Part shown: piece after piece, positions 8,419 to 16,613 of the stretch
Position numbering within the stretch: position 1 is the first letter of the stretch
How the letters are laid out: each line of letters begins with the position of its first letter
Source: a phage
Sequence record: OZ335964.1
Strand: one strand, 5' to 3'
DNA: 64,000 nucleotides
The notes under the pieces: model-generated
What the model saw: the letters and a program-made list of their open reading frames with translations, nothing else
Told to the model about the DNA's origin: nothing
Database searches by the model: none
Made by a program: the position numbers and the translations under genes

Positions 8419-11049
8419 ATGGCAGATTTAAGCAGAATCCAATTTAAACGCACTAGCACTAAAGGCCGTCGACCTGATGCTGGTACGATGAATCCGGGGG
8501 AATTGGCAATCAATCTTGCGGATCAATATCTTCTTACTAAAAATGATTCCGGTGCTATTATCAATTTAAGTTGTCCTCCGGTTTATGACCGTGATGTTAC
8601 AATGGCGGGTAAAGTTAAAGGAAATAATTATATTTTAAGTAAAACCGCTAACTATCTGGAAGATCAGACAGCGCGAGATCTTAACTACTTTGGTGCTTTC
8701 CGTACCAATGGTCTTGATGGTTTTCTCGAACTCACGCTAAACGTTCCTCATTCTTCTGGTGTTCAGCATGGTCGAGGATTTACTTTCCAGTATGGACACA
8801 CAGGAAACCGTGTAGAAACTTATGGTTATAATAAAGAAGGACAAAAAGCATTTAGTTATAAAATGTATCACGAAGGTGATAAACCAACTCCAGGAGAATT
8901 GAACGTCTATAGCAAACAAGAAATTGACCGTATGTTTGTGAAAAACGTTAAAATGTCTGTTCCTTCCGGTGACGCAACTCGTGGTTACTTTAAGATCGCG
9001 ACCGCAATGATTCCGCAGAATGGTCGAATGGCATTTTTACGAATTTACGGCGGAAACGGATATAATGTTAACTCCTACGACCAGGTTGATTTCCTTGAAA
9101 TTGTGATTCGCGGTGGTAATAATAACCCTAAAGGTGTTAGTATTGCTGCATATCGTCGAAATTCTTTGAACGTACATGAGGTATTTGCAATTAATACTTC
9201 CGGTGATAACTATGACATTTATGTTAACTATGGTCGTTACACCGATAACGTTATTGTCGAGTTTGGAAAAACTGTTGATGTTGCATTGACTGTTCATGAT
9301 GTTCCTGAATTTTCTGCGACTAAACCAGCAACCGGAACTAAATTTGATGCTCGTGTTATTACGATGTTCAACACCGAAAACAAAGCCGGAACGTTGATGT
9401 TTGATAATAACTCACAAGCAACCTATGATATTGTGAGCCTTAATAACGTACCAGACAACAATAAAAAATATATGCGTAAATTCCGCAGTCGTGCGGCGGA
9501 AACAATATGGCATGAAACTGTTCAAGGTGATGTGTATCGTTTGGCTACTGGTTCTACCGACCAAAAAGAAGTATTAAAAATTGTTGGTAGTGATGGTTTA
9601 TTTGTCGATAGACTTCATCTGCAAGGCAATAACGCGATTCGTATGTGGCGTCCTACTGGTCGTAGTAACTATTTTGAATATATGGATCAGCGAGATGGTG
9701 CTAATAAGCGTCAAGGTTGGTTTGGCTTTGGTTCTATAGATACTAACGATTTTCAATGGTATAGTGACGAAGGTAAAAACTTTGTTAAGCTAGAAGCAAG
9801 TGGTCAAGTATCTTTAAGTACTGGTGCGACCAAAATTGTATACACTAATGGTCAATATGTAGCTGCCAATTCTGATGCATACCGTATGATCTTTGGTAAT
9901 TACGGTGCATTCTGGCGTAATGACGGCACTAAAGTTTATCTTCTTTCTACGGCTGAAAATGATAAATTTGGTGGCTGGAATACCTACCGACCGTTTATCT
10001 ATAATTTAGTATCTGGAAACGTTGATTTGGGTGGTGATACCACAGCCTCCGCATTGACCTTAGAAGGTGCAAGCAAAACCGCTCGATTTGGTGGTCATGT
10101 TTATACAGGCGGTAACTTACATAATACAGGTCAGTATATAACTATGGAGGCCGGACTTGCTGGTCAATCAATGGATTATATTCGTTTTAACCATTGGGGT
10201 AGTAGCAGCACCGGACGAAATAACATCTTGTATGTTGAAGACAGCAAAGGTCGTCATTTTTCTACCGAACGTTCTTCCACAGGAGCACTTAAAGCTGACT
10301 TTTTAGGTGAACTCGAAGTTGGTGGTAAGCTGACATGGGGTAAGGGTACAGCTAAATCCTCGTTTAACTTACGAGTGTGGGGCAATGATTCCCGTAAACA
10401 AGTGTTTGAATGTGCGGACGAAAGCGGTTGGCATTTCTATACCCAGCGTGCGGGTGGTCCTGGAACTAATGTAATTGAGTTTAACGTAAACGGTAGGATT
10501 ACTGTTCCTGAATTATATGTTGGTACTGCTGCATCAATATCTAAAATCAATGGTGCTTTTGGTGTCGGTACTACTAATGGATTAGGTGGTAGTTCAATTA
10601 CTCTGGGTGATAGTGATACTGGCTTTAAGCAAAATGGCGATGGCAACCTTGATGTTTATGCTAACAACGTTGCAGTAATGCGTTTTACTTCTGGTGCGAT
10701 TACCGCAAACAAACAATTGAACGTATCTGGTCGTGTTAACCCGTCTGATTATGGAAACTTTGATGGTCGTTATATCAAAAAGACCAGAGGATGGACTAGA
10801 ATATGGACGGGTACACTAGGTGGGAATACTCAGACCGGAACATTGCCTCAAGACCTTCGCTACCGTAACGTGTGGATCGTAATGGCTGATGGATTTAAAA
10901 ACTTCTTCCGTTTTGGTGATGACGGTACTTATTATCTGTCTGGTTATGGAGGTTGGATTAAAATGCAACTTCACTCTAGTGGTAAGATCTTTAAAAATAT
11001 TCAAGACCATTATTGCGTTCCTCGCGAAATTTGGGTTGAAAACGAATAA
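8419..11049 (+). CDS. 37: long tail fibre distal subunit gp37 (receptor-binding fibre)
   Basis: 876 aa; conserved N-terminal MADLSRIQFKRTSTKGRRP..GELAINLADQ block; C-terminal ~150 aa divergent, no His-rich T4-type tip. Confidence 0.8.
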   Translation: MADLSRIQFKRTSTKGRRPDAGTMNPGELAINLADQYLLTKNDSGAIINLSCPPVYDRDVTMAGKVKGNNYILSKTANYLEDQTARDLNYFGAFRTNGLDGFLELTLNVPHSSGVQHGRGFTFQYGHTGNRVETYGYNKEGQKAFSYKMYHEGDKPTPGELNVYSKQEIDRMFVKNVKMSVPSGDATRGYFKIATAMIPQNGRMAFLRIYGGNGYNVNSYDQVDFLEIVIRGGNNNPKGVSIAAYRRNSLNVHEVFAINTSGDNYDIYVNYGRYTDNVIVEFGKTVDVALTVHDVPEFSATKPATGTKFDARVITMFNTENKAGTLMFDNNSQATYDIVSLNNVPDNNKKYMRKFRSRAAETIWHETVQGDVYRLATGSTDQKEVLKIVGSDGLFVDRLHLQGNNAIRMWRPTGRSNYFEYMDQRDGANKRQGWFGFGSIDTNDFQWYSDEGKNFVKLEASGQVSLSTGATKIVYTNGQYVAANSDAYRMIFGNYGAFWRNDGTKVYLLSTAENDKFGGWNTYRPFIYNLVSGNVDLGGDTTASALTLEGASKTARFGGHVYTGGNLHNTGQYITMEAGLAGQSMDYIRFNHWGSSSTGRNNILYVEDSKGRHFSTERSSTGALKADFLGELEVGGKLTWGKGTAKSSFNLRVWGNDSRKQVFECADESGWHFYTQRAGGPGTNVIEFNVNGRITVPELYVGTAASISKINGAFGVGTTNGLGGSSITLGDSDTGFKQNGDGNLDVYANNVAVMRFTSGAITANKQLNVSGRVNPSDYGNFDGRYIKKTRGWTRIWTGTLGGNTQTGTLPQDLRYRNVWIVMADGFKNFFRFGDDGTYYLSGYGGWIKMQLHSSGKIFKNIQDHYCVPREIWVENE

Positions 11050-11091
11050 GGAAAACTCCCAGGGAAGGGAAACTACTAAGGAGAAACGGCT

Positions 11092-11331
11092 ATGGTCTAT
11101 AATATCGTCATTGGTGCTTTGTCTAATTTCGGAATGAAATTATTGTCAAAGTTAATTAGTGAAAAGATGCTCACTAAAATTTTCTTCTACTGCGCTCGTC
11201 GTCTTGCGGCGTATACCAATACGCCAATTGATGATCGTTTTGTGGAAGAACTTTATAAGGAGTTTAATAAAGATCAGTCAGAAGATAGCAACGAGCAAAA
11301 TAAAAATAGTGATAGTCAAGTACCTAAATAA
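11092..11331 (+). CDS. hypothetical small protein (79 aa) between gp37 and holin
   Basis: AAGGAG SD 8 nt upstream; hydrophobic/amphipathic N-terminal half, acidic C-terminus; occupies the slot where gp38 sits in T4. Confidence 0.45.
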   Translation: MVYNIVIGALSNFGMKLLSKLISEKMLTKIFFYCARRLAAYTNTPIDDRFVEELYKEFNKDQSEDSNEQNKNSDSQVPK

Positions 11332-11364
11332 GAGTACACTGTCATAGTTATTTTAGGGCATTAT

Positions 11365-12021
11365 ATGCAAGTTTCTGAAAAAGAGAAAGACTTTGCTATC
11401 TCAAATGTCCTGCGCGCTATTTTCACAACTAAAAGCACGGAGTTGCTCGTACTTCGTGTTTTTGCTGCCGTCGTGTTGTCCATATTAGCATTTGTCGTTT
11501 ATAGCAAAAACGAGTTATTTGCCTTGTATAAAGAGACTCGTTATGAGACTTATGCTCACGTTCTCCAGGTAGAGAAAGACCGCAATTTTGATAATGCAGC
11601 ACAGGAGCAGTTACAGATAGTTCATGTGTCGGCTGATGCCGATTTTTCTGCTGTTTTTAGTTTTCGTCCGAAAAACCTAAATTATTTTGTTGATTTGGTG
11701 GCATATGAAGGAAAGCTACCGCATACAATCGATGAAAAAAATTTAGGCGGATTTCCTATCAATAAAACGAGTGAAGAATATCGTAGGCATCTTTTAGGTA
11801 AATCCTATTTTACCGATAAAGATTTCCAGTATATTCCGTCGAGGGAGAAAAAATTAGAGAATATCGATATAGGGTTTATGTATTCTTGTCCTATATTCAA
11901 TCTCGATAATGTCTATTCTGGTAGTATCGCCATTGCATGGAAGAATAAACCGGATATTGACATTGAGAATTTAGATACTCTTTGCAATCAATCTGCCAGA
12001 ATCCTCGGAAGGATTAGATAA
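11365..12021 (+). CDS. t: holin (T4 t-type)
   Basis: 218 aa; single N-proximal TM (LLVLRVFAAVVLSILAFVVY) plus large C-terminal domain; conserved T-holin blocks (LQIVHVSADADFSAVFSFRPKNLNYFVDLVAYEGKLP, ARILGR end). Confidence 0.75.
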   Translation: MQVSEKEKDFAISNVLRAIFTTKSTELLVLRVFAAVVLSILAFVVYSKNELFALYKETRYETYAHVLQVEKDRNFDNAAQEQLQIVHVSADADFSAVFSFRPKNLNYFVDLVAYEGKLPHTIDEKNLGGFPINKTSEEYRRHLLGKSYFTDKDFQYIPSREKKLENIDIGFMYSCPIFNLDNVYSGSIAIAWKNKPDIDIENLDTLCNQSARILGRIR

Positions 12022-12025
12022 CTTA

Positions 12026-12058
12026 AAGGGGAAGCCTTTCGGCCTCCCCTTCTTTTTT
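12026..12058 (+). terminator. rho-independent terminator ending the plus-strand late unit
   Basis: AGGGGAAGCC-TTTC-GGCCTCCCCT hairpin followed by TCTTTTTTAT. Confidence 0.65.
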
Positions 12059-12305
12059 ATTGGCGCATAGAAGCCCCTGAATCACATTTTGACGCTGTAT
12101 GATGAAAACATGTAGCGTACCAGTCATCGGCTTGTTTGTCTTCGTCAGAGAACGCATAGTTTCGTTGTATGCCGTTTTCTACTTTGACCAGTACAATAGC
12201 TGTTTCTGGAAGATCAATCAATCGGACAAAATCACCATCTTCCCACTCTACACGAGCAATATCATAACCCATCTCAAAATAAACAATCGCTTGCTCTAAT
12301 CTCAT
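12057..12305 (-). CDS. hypothetical protein (82 aa), possible DUF2829/Tad2-like fold
   Basis: ATGA overlap with upstream ORF; LEQAIVYFEMGYDIARVEW ... DKQADDWYA pattern loosely resembles DUF2829; unverified. Confidence 0.4.
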   Translation of the reverse strand: MRLEQAIVYFEMGYDIARVEWEDGDFVRLIDLPETAIVLVKVENGIQRNYAFSDEDKQADDWYATCFHHTASKCDSGASMRQ

Positions 12306-12613
12306 TCTGGAAACTTCCCGTAAATGTTTTCTGCCAACATACGCGCATCGCTAATGATATCTTTCATGCTATGACCGTAGTGTTCAGCCATTGAGTTGAC
12401 ACAATCAACAAAGAAATTATAACGTCGACGGTTTAAGATTTCTTCTCTGTTATAGTTTTCATATTTGACGGTCGAGTGTGCTTTCTCTATTGCCTTGATC
12501 GCTATATTGACTTCATTGATAATGGTTTTAGCATTGTATGCGCCACGACGGATCAGGATATTTGTCAATTCTCTTGCAATATCTTGCAATTCTTCATATT
12601 CATGTTCAAACAT
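12302..12613 (-). CDS. hypothetical protein (103 aa)
   Basis: Track ORF 12302..12634 begins at a TTG; first ATG (M8) has GAGAGG SD. Confidence 0.45.
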   Translation of the reverse strand: MFEHEYEELQDIARELTNILIRRGAYNAKTIINEVNIAIKAIEKAHSTVKYENYNREEILNRRRYNFFVDCVNSMAEHYGHSMKDIISDARMLAENIYGKFPE

Positions 12614-12637
12614 AATCAACCTCTCAAAATACAATCC

Positions 12638-12970
12638 TTACAGATGAAAACCTGTTACAATTACCGCATCGATCATACCGCTAGGGATAAACGGTTCACC
12701 CTCTTTTATCTCAACTTTGAATTGATGCCATTTCGCTAATACTTCTTCCGGTACACCCAGAGATTCGGCATCTGCTTTAGTTTCATCCATAATCCAACTA
12801 GGCTGCATGAGAGCATAGTTTACATAGTCCATTTCTGGGGTCATGTCATCAATGTTAATATATTTGCAGTTGACGCGTTTCAGAATTTCAAATTCTTTAT
12901 TGTCAACCTGTACCATGTATAATTCAGTAGTTTCTGGAATCAGTTCCCACACAATCAGTACATTTTTCAT
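12638..12970 (-). CDS. hypothetical protein (110 aa)
   Basis: ATG with GAGGTGA SD; tightly packed in early cluster. Confidence 0.5.
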   Translation of the reverse strand: MKNVLIVWELIPETTELYMVQVDNKEFEILKRVNCKYINIDDMTPEMDYVNYALMQPSWIMDETKADAESLGVPEEVLAKWHQFKVEIKEGEPFIPSGMIDAVIVTGFHL

Positions 12971-12978
12971 AGTTCACC

Positions 12979-13347
12979 TCACTTAACAAAGATTTTCTTT
13001 AATGCTTTCAGGATCGTTGCTTCCGGCGCTTCTTCCGGTGGAGGAAGCAATTCTACCACTTCCTCTTCCAACTCGATATAGTCTACCAGATATTCTACAT
13101 AGAATGCAAGTGCTTCCATGAAATTAAATGCTACATCCGATTCACCACAAGCGCCTACATGCATTGTATAAACATCACTGCGATCAAGTTTGTGGATGCT
13201 CCCCAGATAGTTCCGGTTATACCAGACTTCCCACACTTTCAGCTTTCCAGTTTTGGTTGCTGTTTTATAATCGGTTTCGTAGTGGTGCAATTGACGTTGC
13301 AGATCATTGATAATAACACATTTTTCGTAATTGTTTTGAATTTCCAT
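12979..13347 (-). CDS. hypothetical protein (122 aa), acidic C-terminus
   Basis: ATG with GAGGATT SD. Confidence 0.5.
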   Translation of the reverse strand: MEIQNNYEKCVIINDLQRQLHHYETDYKTATKTGKLKVWEVWYNRNYLGSIHKLDRSDVYTMHVGACGESDVAFNFMEALAFYVEYLVDYIELEEEVVELLPPPEEAPEATILKALKKIFVK

Positions 13348-13357
13348 GATGTAATCC

Positions 13358-13549
13358 TCACTTATCGTTAAGAAGTTCTAAAACTTTCTGTCGTACTTTG
13401 TCAATATTAGTTGATTCAAAAACTGTACGGTATCCCCAGCTTTGACCGTATGAGCGCGAGCAATCCCCATATCCCCATTGTTCAACCTGATAGTATTCAA
13501 GGAATGGATGTTGCCGAACTATGATACCATCACGATTAAAAATTACCAT
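13358..13549 (-). CDS. hypothetical protein (63 aa)
   Basis: ATG with GAGGATT SD. Confidence 0.45.
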   Translation of the reverse strand: MVIFNRDGIIVRQHPFLEYYQVEQWGYGDCSRSYGQSWGYRTVFESTNIDKVRQKVLELLNDK

Positions 13550-13572
13550 AATATAATCCTCAAGTCAACAAC

Positions 13573-13854
13573 TTATTTTCGGTTGTACTTCTGCCACTTT
13601 CGGTAATACTGCTTGTAAACCTGTTTTGCGTTTTCACCATCTTTACTATACATGTTATCTACCATCAAGTCAATAAGACCTTCCGGTGTCTGGTAGTTCC
13701 CCGCTCGAATAAGTTCTTTAATTAAAGTGTCCTGATGATCTTTGTATACTACGTTAATGATGGTCTTTTCTGCTTTCTTCGTCCCGATCATCCGGTGATT
13801 AGCTTTCATCGCATCCCACCAATCTTTTGTGATCTTCATGTTATTGAATTGCAT
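13573..13854 (-). CDS. hypothetical protein (93 aa)
   Basis: ATG with AGAGGT SD. Confidence 0.5.
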   Translation of the reverse strand: MQFNNMKITKDWWDAMKANHRMIGTKKAEKTIINVVYKDHQDTLIKELIRAGNYQTPEGLIDLMVDNMYSKDGENAKQVYKQYYRKWQKYNRK

Positions 13855-13865
13855 AATTTAACCTC

Positions 13866-14624
13866 TTACTTGCACACGTATTGATCTACATCAATTGCGC
13901 CACCGAATGTAGGATGACGTTTTTCAAATCGAATAGTTCCGTCGTTTGGTTCGAAAACGGAGTATTCATATAGATCTTTCTTGCCAACATTCTTATAAAA
14001 CCCGCCTTTAGTCATAACGGTTTCTTGTACGTTTGCTTTGTGTACGTTGTATTCGTCAATGTATACAAAATCAACCATCTTCCCATTTTTAATGGTTACT
14101 TTAAGATCTCCTGGTTGGTTTCCATATTTTGCATACAGTGGAGCTTCTTTAATTTTGGTGGAAATTCCATCTTTCATACTCCACTCATAACGAACGGTGC
14201 ATTGATAGGTAAAAGTTTCGACCTTCGGTTCTTCCACCACTTTTTCTTCCTGTTTCGGTTGTTCTTCGTCAACCTTCACGGAAGTCTCTGAATCGCTTTC
14301 TGACGCGGTTTCTTCTTTAGGTAATACATTCATCAAGTTTTGGATTTGAGCGTTGTATACAGCCTCCAGTGGCTGAATCTGCCCGATATTGATCATTGTA
14401 TCACGAACAGTTTTATTCCAGTTGCGTTGCTCTTGTTTCAGAGACGGATCAATCTTAACAGCCTTAACATATACTTCATGAAGTTTCGAATCCAGTGCGG
14501 AGATTGACTCATTAGCACAAATAAACTTCTCTGATTTGGTAGTGGCTTTAGCGCAATCAAAGGACGCAGCATTAGCACCGAAAGCAGTAGCAGAAAGAAC
14601 GATAGCAGCGATAATGTTTTTCAT
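13866..14624 (-). CDS. secreted LprI-like protein (signal peptide + DUF1311-like domain + Cys-bracketed C-terminal domain)
   Basis: Track ORF 13866..14687 trimmed to M22 with GAGGA SD; MKNIIAAIVLSATAFGANA signal peptide; FDCAKATTKSEKFICANESISALDSKLHEVY..QRNWNK matches DUF1311 pattern; C-terminal domain bracketed by YQC and YVCK cysteines. Confidence 0.6.
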   Translation of the reverse strand: MKNIIAAIVLSATAFGANAASFDCAKATTKSEKFICANESISALDSKLHEVYVKAVKIDPSLKQEQRNWNKTVRDTMINIGQIQPLEAVYNAQIQNLMNVLPKEETASESDSETSVKVDEEQPKQEEKVVEEPKVETFTYQCTVRYEWSMKDGISTKIKEAPLYAKYGNQPGDLKVTIKNGKMVDFVYIDEYNVHKANVQETVMTKGGFYKNVGKKDLYEYSVFEPNDGTIRFEKRHPTFGGAIDVDQYVCK

Positions 14625-14652
14625 AATATATTCCTCAGTGTTTTGTCTTGAT

Positions 14653-14687
14653 GGGAGTATCTTACTACTCCCCTGTTCTGGTGTCAA
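14653..14687 (-). promoter_or_regulatory. early promoter/stem-loop cassette (PeSL-like)
   Basis: Minus strand reads TTGACA-N9-GGGAGTAGTAAGATACTCCC; -10-like TAAGAT inside a 7-bp inverted repeat; upstream of LprI-like gene. Confidence 0.55.
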
Positions 14688-14694
14688 CTACTTT

Positions 14695-14850
14695 TTAAAT
14701 TTCTTCTACAGTAAAGTCTTCAATGTTGTTGTGCTCGGCGAACGTTGCCAGACCAGCATCCCATGCATCATCCTCAGAGAAGAATACACCGTAACGTTCA
14801 TATCCTTTAGCGCCTTCAAATTTAACCATTAATTTATGAGTATGTTTCAT
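14695..14850 (-). CDS. hypothetical small protein (51 aa)
   Basis: Not in ORF track (under 60 aa); ATG with AAGGAG SD; translated by hand as MKHTHKLMVKFEGAKGYERYGVFFSEDDAWDAGLATFAEHNNIEDFTVEEI. Confidence 0.4.
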   Translation of the reverse strand: MKHTHKLMVKFEGAKGYERYGVFFSEDDAWDAGLATFAEHNNIEDFTVEEI

Positions 14851-14882
14851 TTTTGATTCTCCTTCGTTGTCTTGATGAGTTT

Positions 14883-14911
14883 AGTATAGGGGATCGCCGA
14901 TCCCCTGTCAA
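14883..14911 (-). promoter_or_regulatory. early promoter/stem-loop cassette (variant)
   Basis: Minus strand reads TTGACA + 17-nt palindrome GGGGATCGGCGATCCCC + TATACT. Confidence 0.5.
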
Positions 14912-14920
14912 CCGCTATTT

Positions 14921-15133
14921 TTAATTTTTACCCGCTCGTGCATTAATACGCATTTTCTGCATAGCCATGATCTGGGTTATTGCTTCTTCTTTACGTTCTT
15001 GTGTGATAACGTGACCAGATTCCGCAAACTCTCCAGCGACTTCTTCCACGATCTCGCGAATTTGAGAACGTCCAAAGATGCGGTTTCCTTCGTAGCTCAT
15101 AAACTCGGTTACTACTTGCTCGATAGATTTCAT
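14921..15133 (-). CDS. hypothetical protein (70 aa)
   Basis: Track ORF 14921..15178 trimmed to M16, which has AAGGAG SD; the promoter cassette lies inside the track's N-terminal extension. Confidence 0.45.
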   Translation of the reverse strand: MKSIEQVVTEFMSYEGNRIFGRSQIREIVEEVAGEFAESGHVITQERKEEAITQIMAMQKMRINARAGKN

Positions 15134-15156
15134 GTGATTCTCCTTTCGTTTGGTAT

Positions 15157-15191
15157 GGGAGTATGTTACTACTCCCATTTCTTTACGTCAA
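15157..15191 (-). promoter_or_regulatory. early promoter/stem-loop cassette (PeSL-like)
   Basis: TTGACG-N9-GGGAGTAGTAACATACTCCC on minus strand. Confidence 0.55.
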
Positions 15192-15194
15192 CAA

Positions 15195-15356
15195 CTATTT
15201 TAAATTATTTTCGACCTTCATCCATTCCGCGTATTCTTGCGCGGCTACTTTCGGATTTAGTCCGTCTTCGTACATTGCTTCAAGTAATTCTTCGTCGGTG
15301 GGCTTATACCCTAGATAAGCCTCCACCTGATTTTTCCAAATTTTATACCAGTTCAT
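15195..15356 (-). CDS. hypothetical small protein (53 aa)
   Basis: Track ORF trimmed to M24 (MNWYKIWKNQ...) so it does not overlap the upstream gene. Confidence 0.4.
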   Translation of the reverse strand: MNWYKIWKNQVEAYLGYKPTDEELLEAMYEDGLNPKVAAQEYAEWMKVENNLK

Positions 15357-15360
15357 ATTA

Positions 15361-15633
15361 TCACCAGTCAAGAGCGCGTGTCTCTGCGTCTTCCCATGCT
15401 TGGTCCATAACAGCCTTGAAAACATATTCTAAAGTATCATCTTTAGAGAATCCGAAGACCTTAGACGGAATATCTTCAATTGCTACTCCCGCAACTTCTG
15501 CATTACGCGCTTGGCAATAATGCAACTCTAAGTTATCGAGATAGCGACCGCCTAATTTCTCCATATCATCCCAGCATTTCCAGTAACCTACTTTATCTGC
15601 AATTGCCAACACTTTGCTGTTTTTGTTGCTCAT
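15361..15633 (-). CDS. hypothetical protein (90 aa)
   Basis: Track ORF trimmed to M21 with AGGAG SD. Confidence 0.5.
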   Translation of the reverse strand: MSNKNSKVLAIADKVGYWKCWDDMEKLGGRYLDNLELHYCQARNAEVAGVAIEDIPSKVFGFSKDDTLEYVFKAVMDQAWEDAETRALDW

Positions 15634-15658
15634 CTTTGATTCTCCTTTTGTTTGATAT

Positions 15659-15693
15659 GGGAGTATATTACTACTCCCATTATTCACTGTCAA
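15659..15693 (-). promoter_or_regulatory. early promoter/stem-loop cassette (PeSL-like)
   Basis: TTGACA-N9-GGGAGTAGTAATATACTCCC on minus strand. Confidence 0.55.
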
Positions 15694-15699
15694 TAGATT

Positions 15700-15906
15700 T
15701 TATTCGATTATTTCAAATTTTGCTACCGGATCACCGTTTCGTTTGGTTGCAGTAAGTTTCTGTTTGTCAAAGTAAAACCAAATATAGTCACCATGAACTA
15801 CATCAAATGTGTTTCCGCTATTGTCCGTGAATACATCAACATCATAATCACACCCAACACTAAAGCTATAATTGATGTGATCGGTTTCAATGCAACGTAC
15901 TTTCAT
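15700..15906 (-). CDS. hypothetical protein (68 aa)
   Basis: Track ORF trimmed to M25 with AAGGAG SD. Confidence 0.45.
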   Translation of the reverse strand: MKVRCIETDHINYSFSVGCDYDVDVFTDNSGNTFDVVHGDYIWFYFDKQKLTATKRNGDPVAKFEIIE

Positions 15907-15977
15907 TTTTGAATCTCCTTTTTGTTTCACTGTGTGTATTATGCAATGCTGGATTATGGAAGTCAAACAACTTTTCA

Positions 15978-16007
15978 AATAAAAAAGCCGACCACAAGGA
16001 TCGGCTT
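15978..16007 (-). terminator. rho-independent terminator (minus strand)
   Basis: Minus-strand hairpin GCCGATCC-TTGT-GGTCGGC followed by TTTTTTATTTG. Confidence 0.5.
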
Positions 16008-16016
16008 AATAGTCAG

Positions 16017-16412
16017 TTACTTACTAAATTTCTTTTTGGCTTCGTCTACTGCATGAGATGCCAGCACCGCTGCCGCATGTGCACTTTTATCTGTGTTGCA
16101 TAGAACACCCAGATAAACATCACGCCAAAGTTTAATCATCTCGTAGATCATATCAATATCATTTTCTTGTTTGTTGGCGATGCTATTCGTCGTTATCTGG
16201 TAAGGCAACGGTTTGATCTGTACTGGTTCCGCCATCGGGCTAATCGGTTTCGGATCGGTCATAATAGGTGCTGTTGTTGGTGATGTTTTCCATACGTCAT
16301 TATTCCACGGTTTAACGGTTGTACCGTATATTTTATAAGGATTTTTGTCTGGATCAACCATCCATGTATGATGGATACCTAAACCATTTGAAGTGATGCG
16401 TCGTTCAGTCAT
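16017..16412 (-). CDS. hypothetical protein (131 aa)
   Basis: ATG with GAGGGGG SD. Confidence 0.5.
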   Translation of the reverse strand: MTERRITSNGLGIHHTWMVDPDKNPYKIYGTTVKPWNNDVWKTSPTTAPIMTDPKPISPMAEPVQIKPLPYQITTNSIANKQENDIDMIYEMIKLWRDVYLGVLCNTDKSAHAAAVLASHAVDEAKKKFSK

Positions 16413-16611
16413 GTTTTACCCCCTCTGATAATTCTTTCATCAAGCTGTCGATCTTTGCTCTGTGTTCTGGCGTGTTTGTCATCTCTGCTAATTTGCTCAG
16501 AGATTCACCGGTGATCCGGTTGGATTCTTCCAGTGTTTCAACGACAATTGGCACAATCTTTTTATTGTTGTACAGAAATGCAATATAACCGCCTTCTGGA
16601 TATTCTTTCAT
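16405..16611 (-). CDS. hypothetical protein (68 aa)
   Basis: Track ORF starts at TTG; ATG (M3) lies 2 nt after the gp52 stop. Confidence 0.45.
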   Translation of the reverse strand: MKEYPEGGYIAFLYNNKKIVPIVVETLEESNRITGESLSKLAEMTNTPEHRAKIDSLMKELSEGVKHD

Positions 16612-16613
16612 AA

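Noticed and set aside
1761-10646. Minus-strand ORFs inside the tail-fibre genes (e.g. 1761-2015, 2940-3236, 3393-3629, 4836-5297, 9037-9297, 10437-10646)
   Set aside because: All lie antisense within long, well-supported plus-strand genes 34-37 and have no translation signals; typical shadow frames.
11159-11347. 62-aa plus-strand ORF overlapping 11092-11331 in another frame
   Set aside because: Only the 11092 start has a strong AAGGAG SD; the overlapping frame has no signal.
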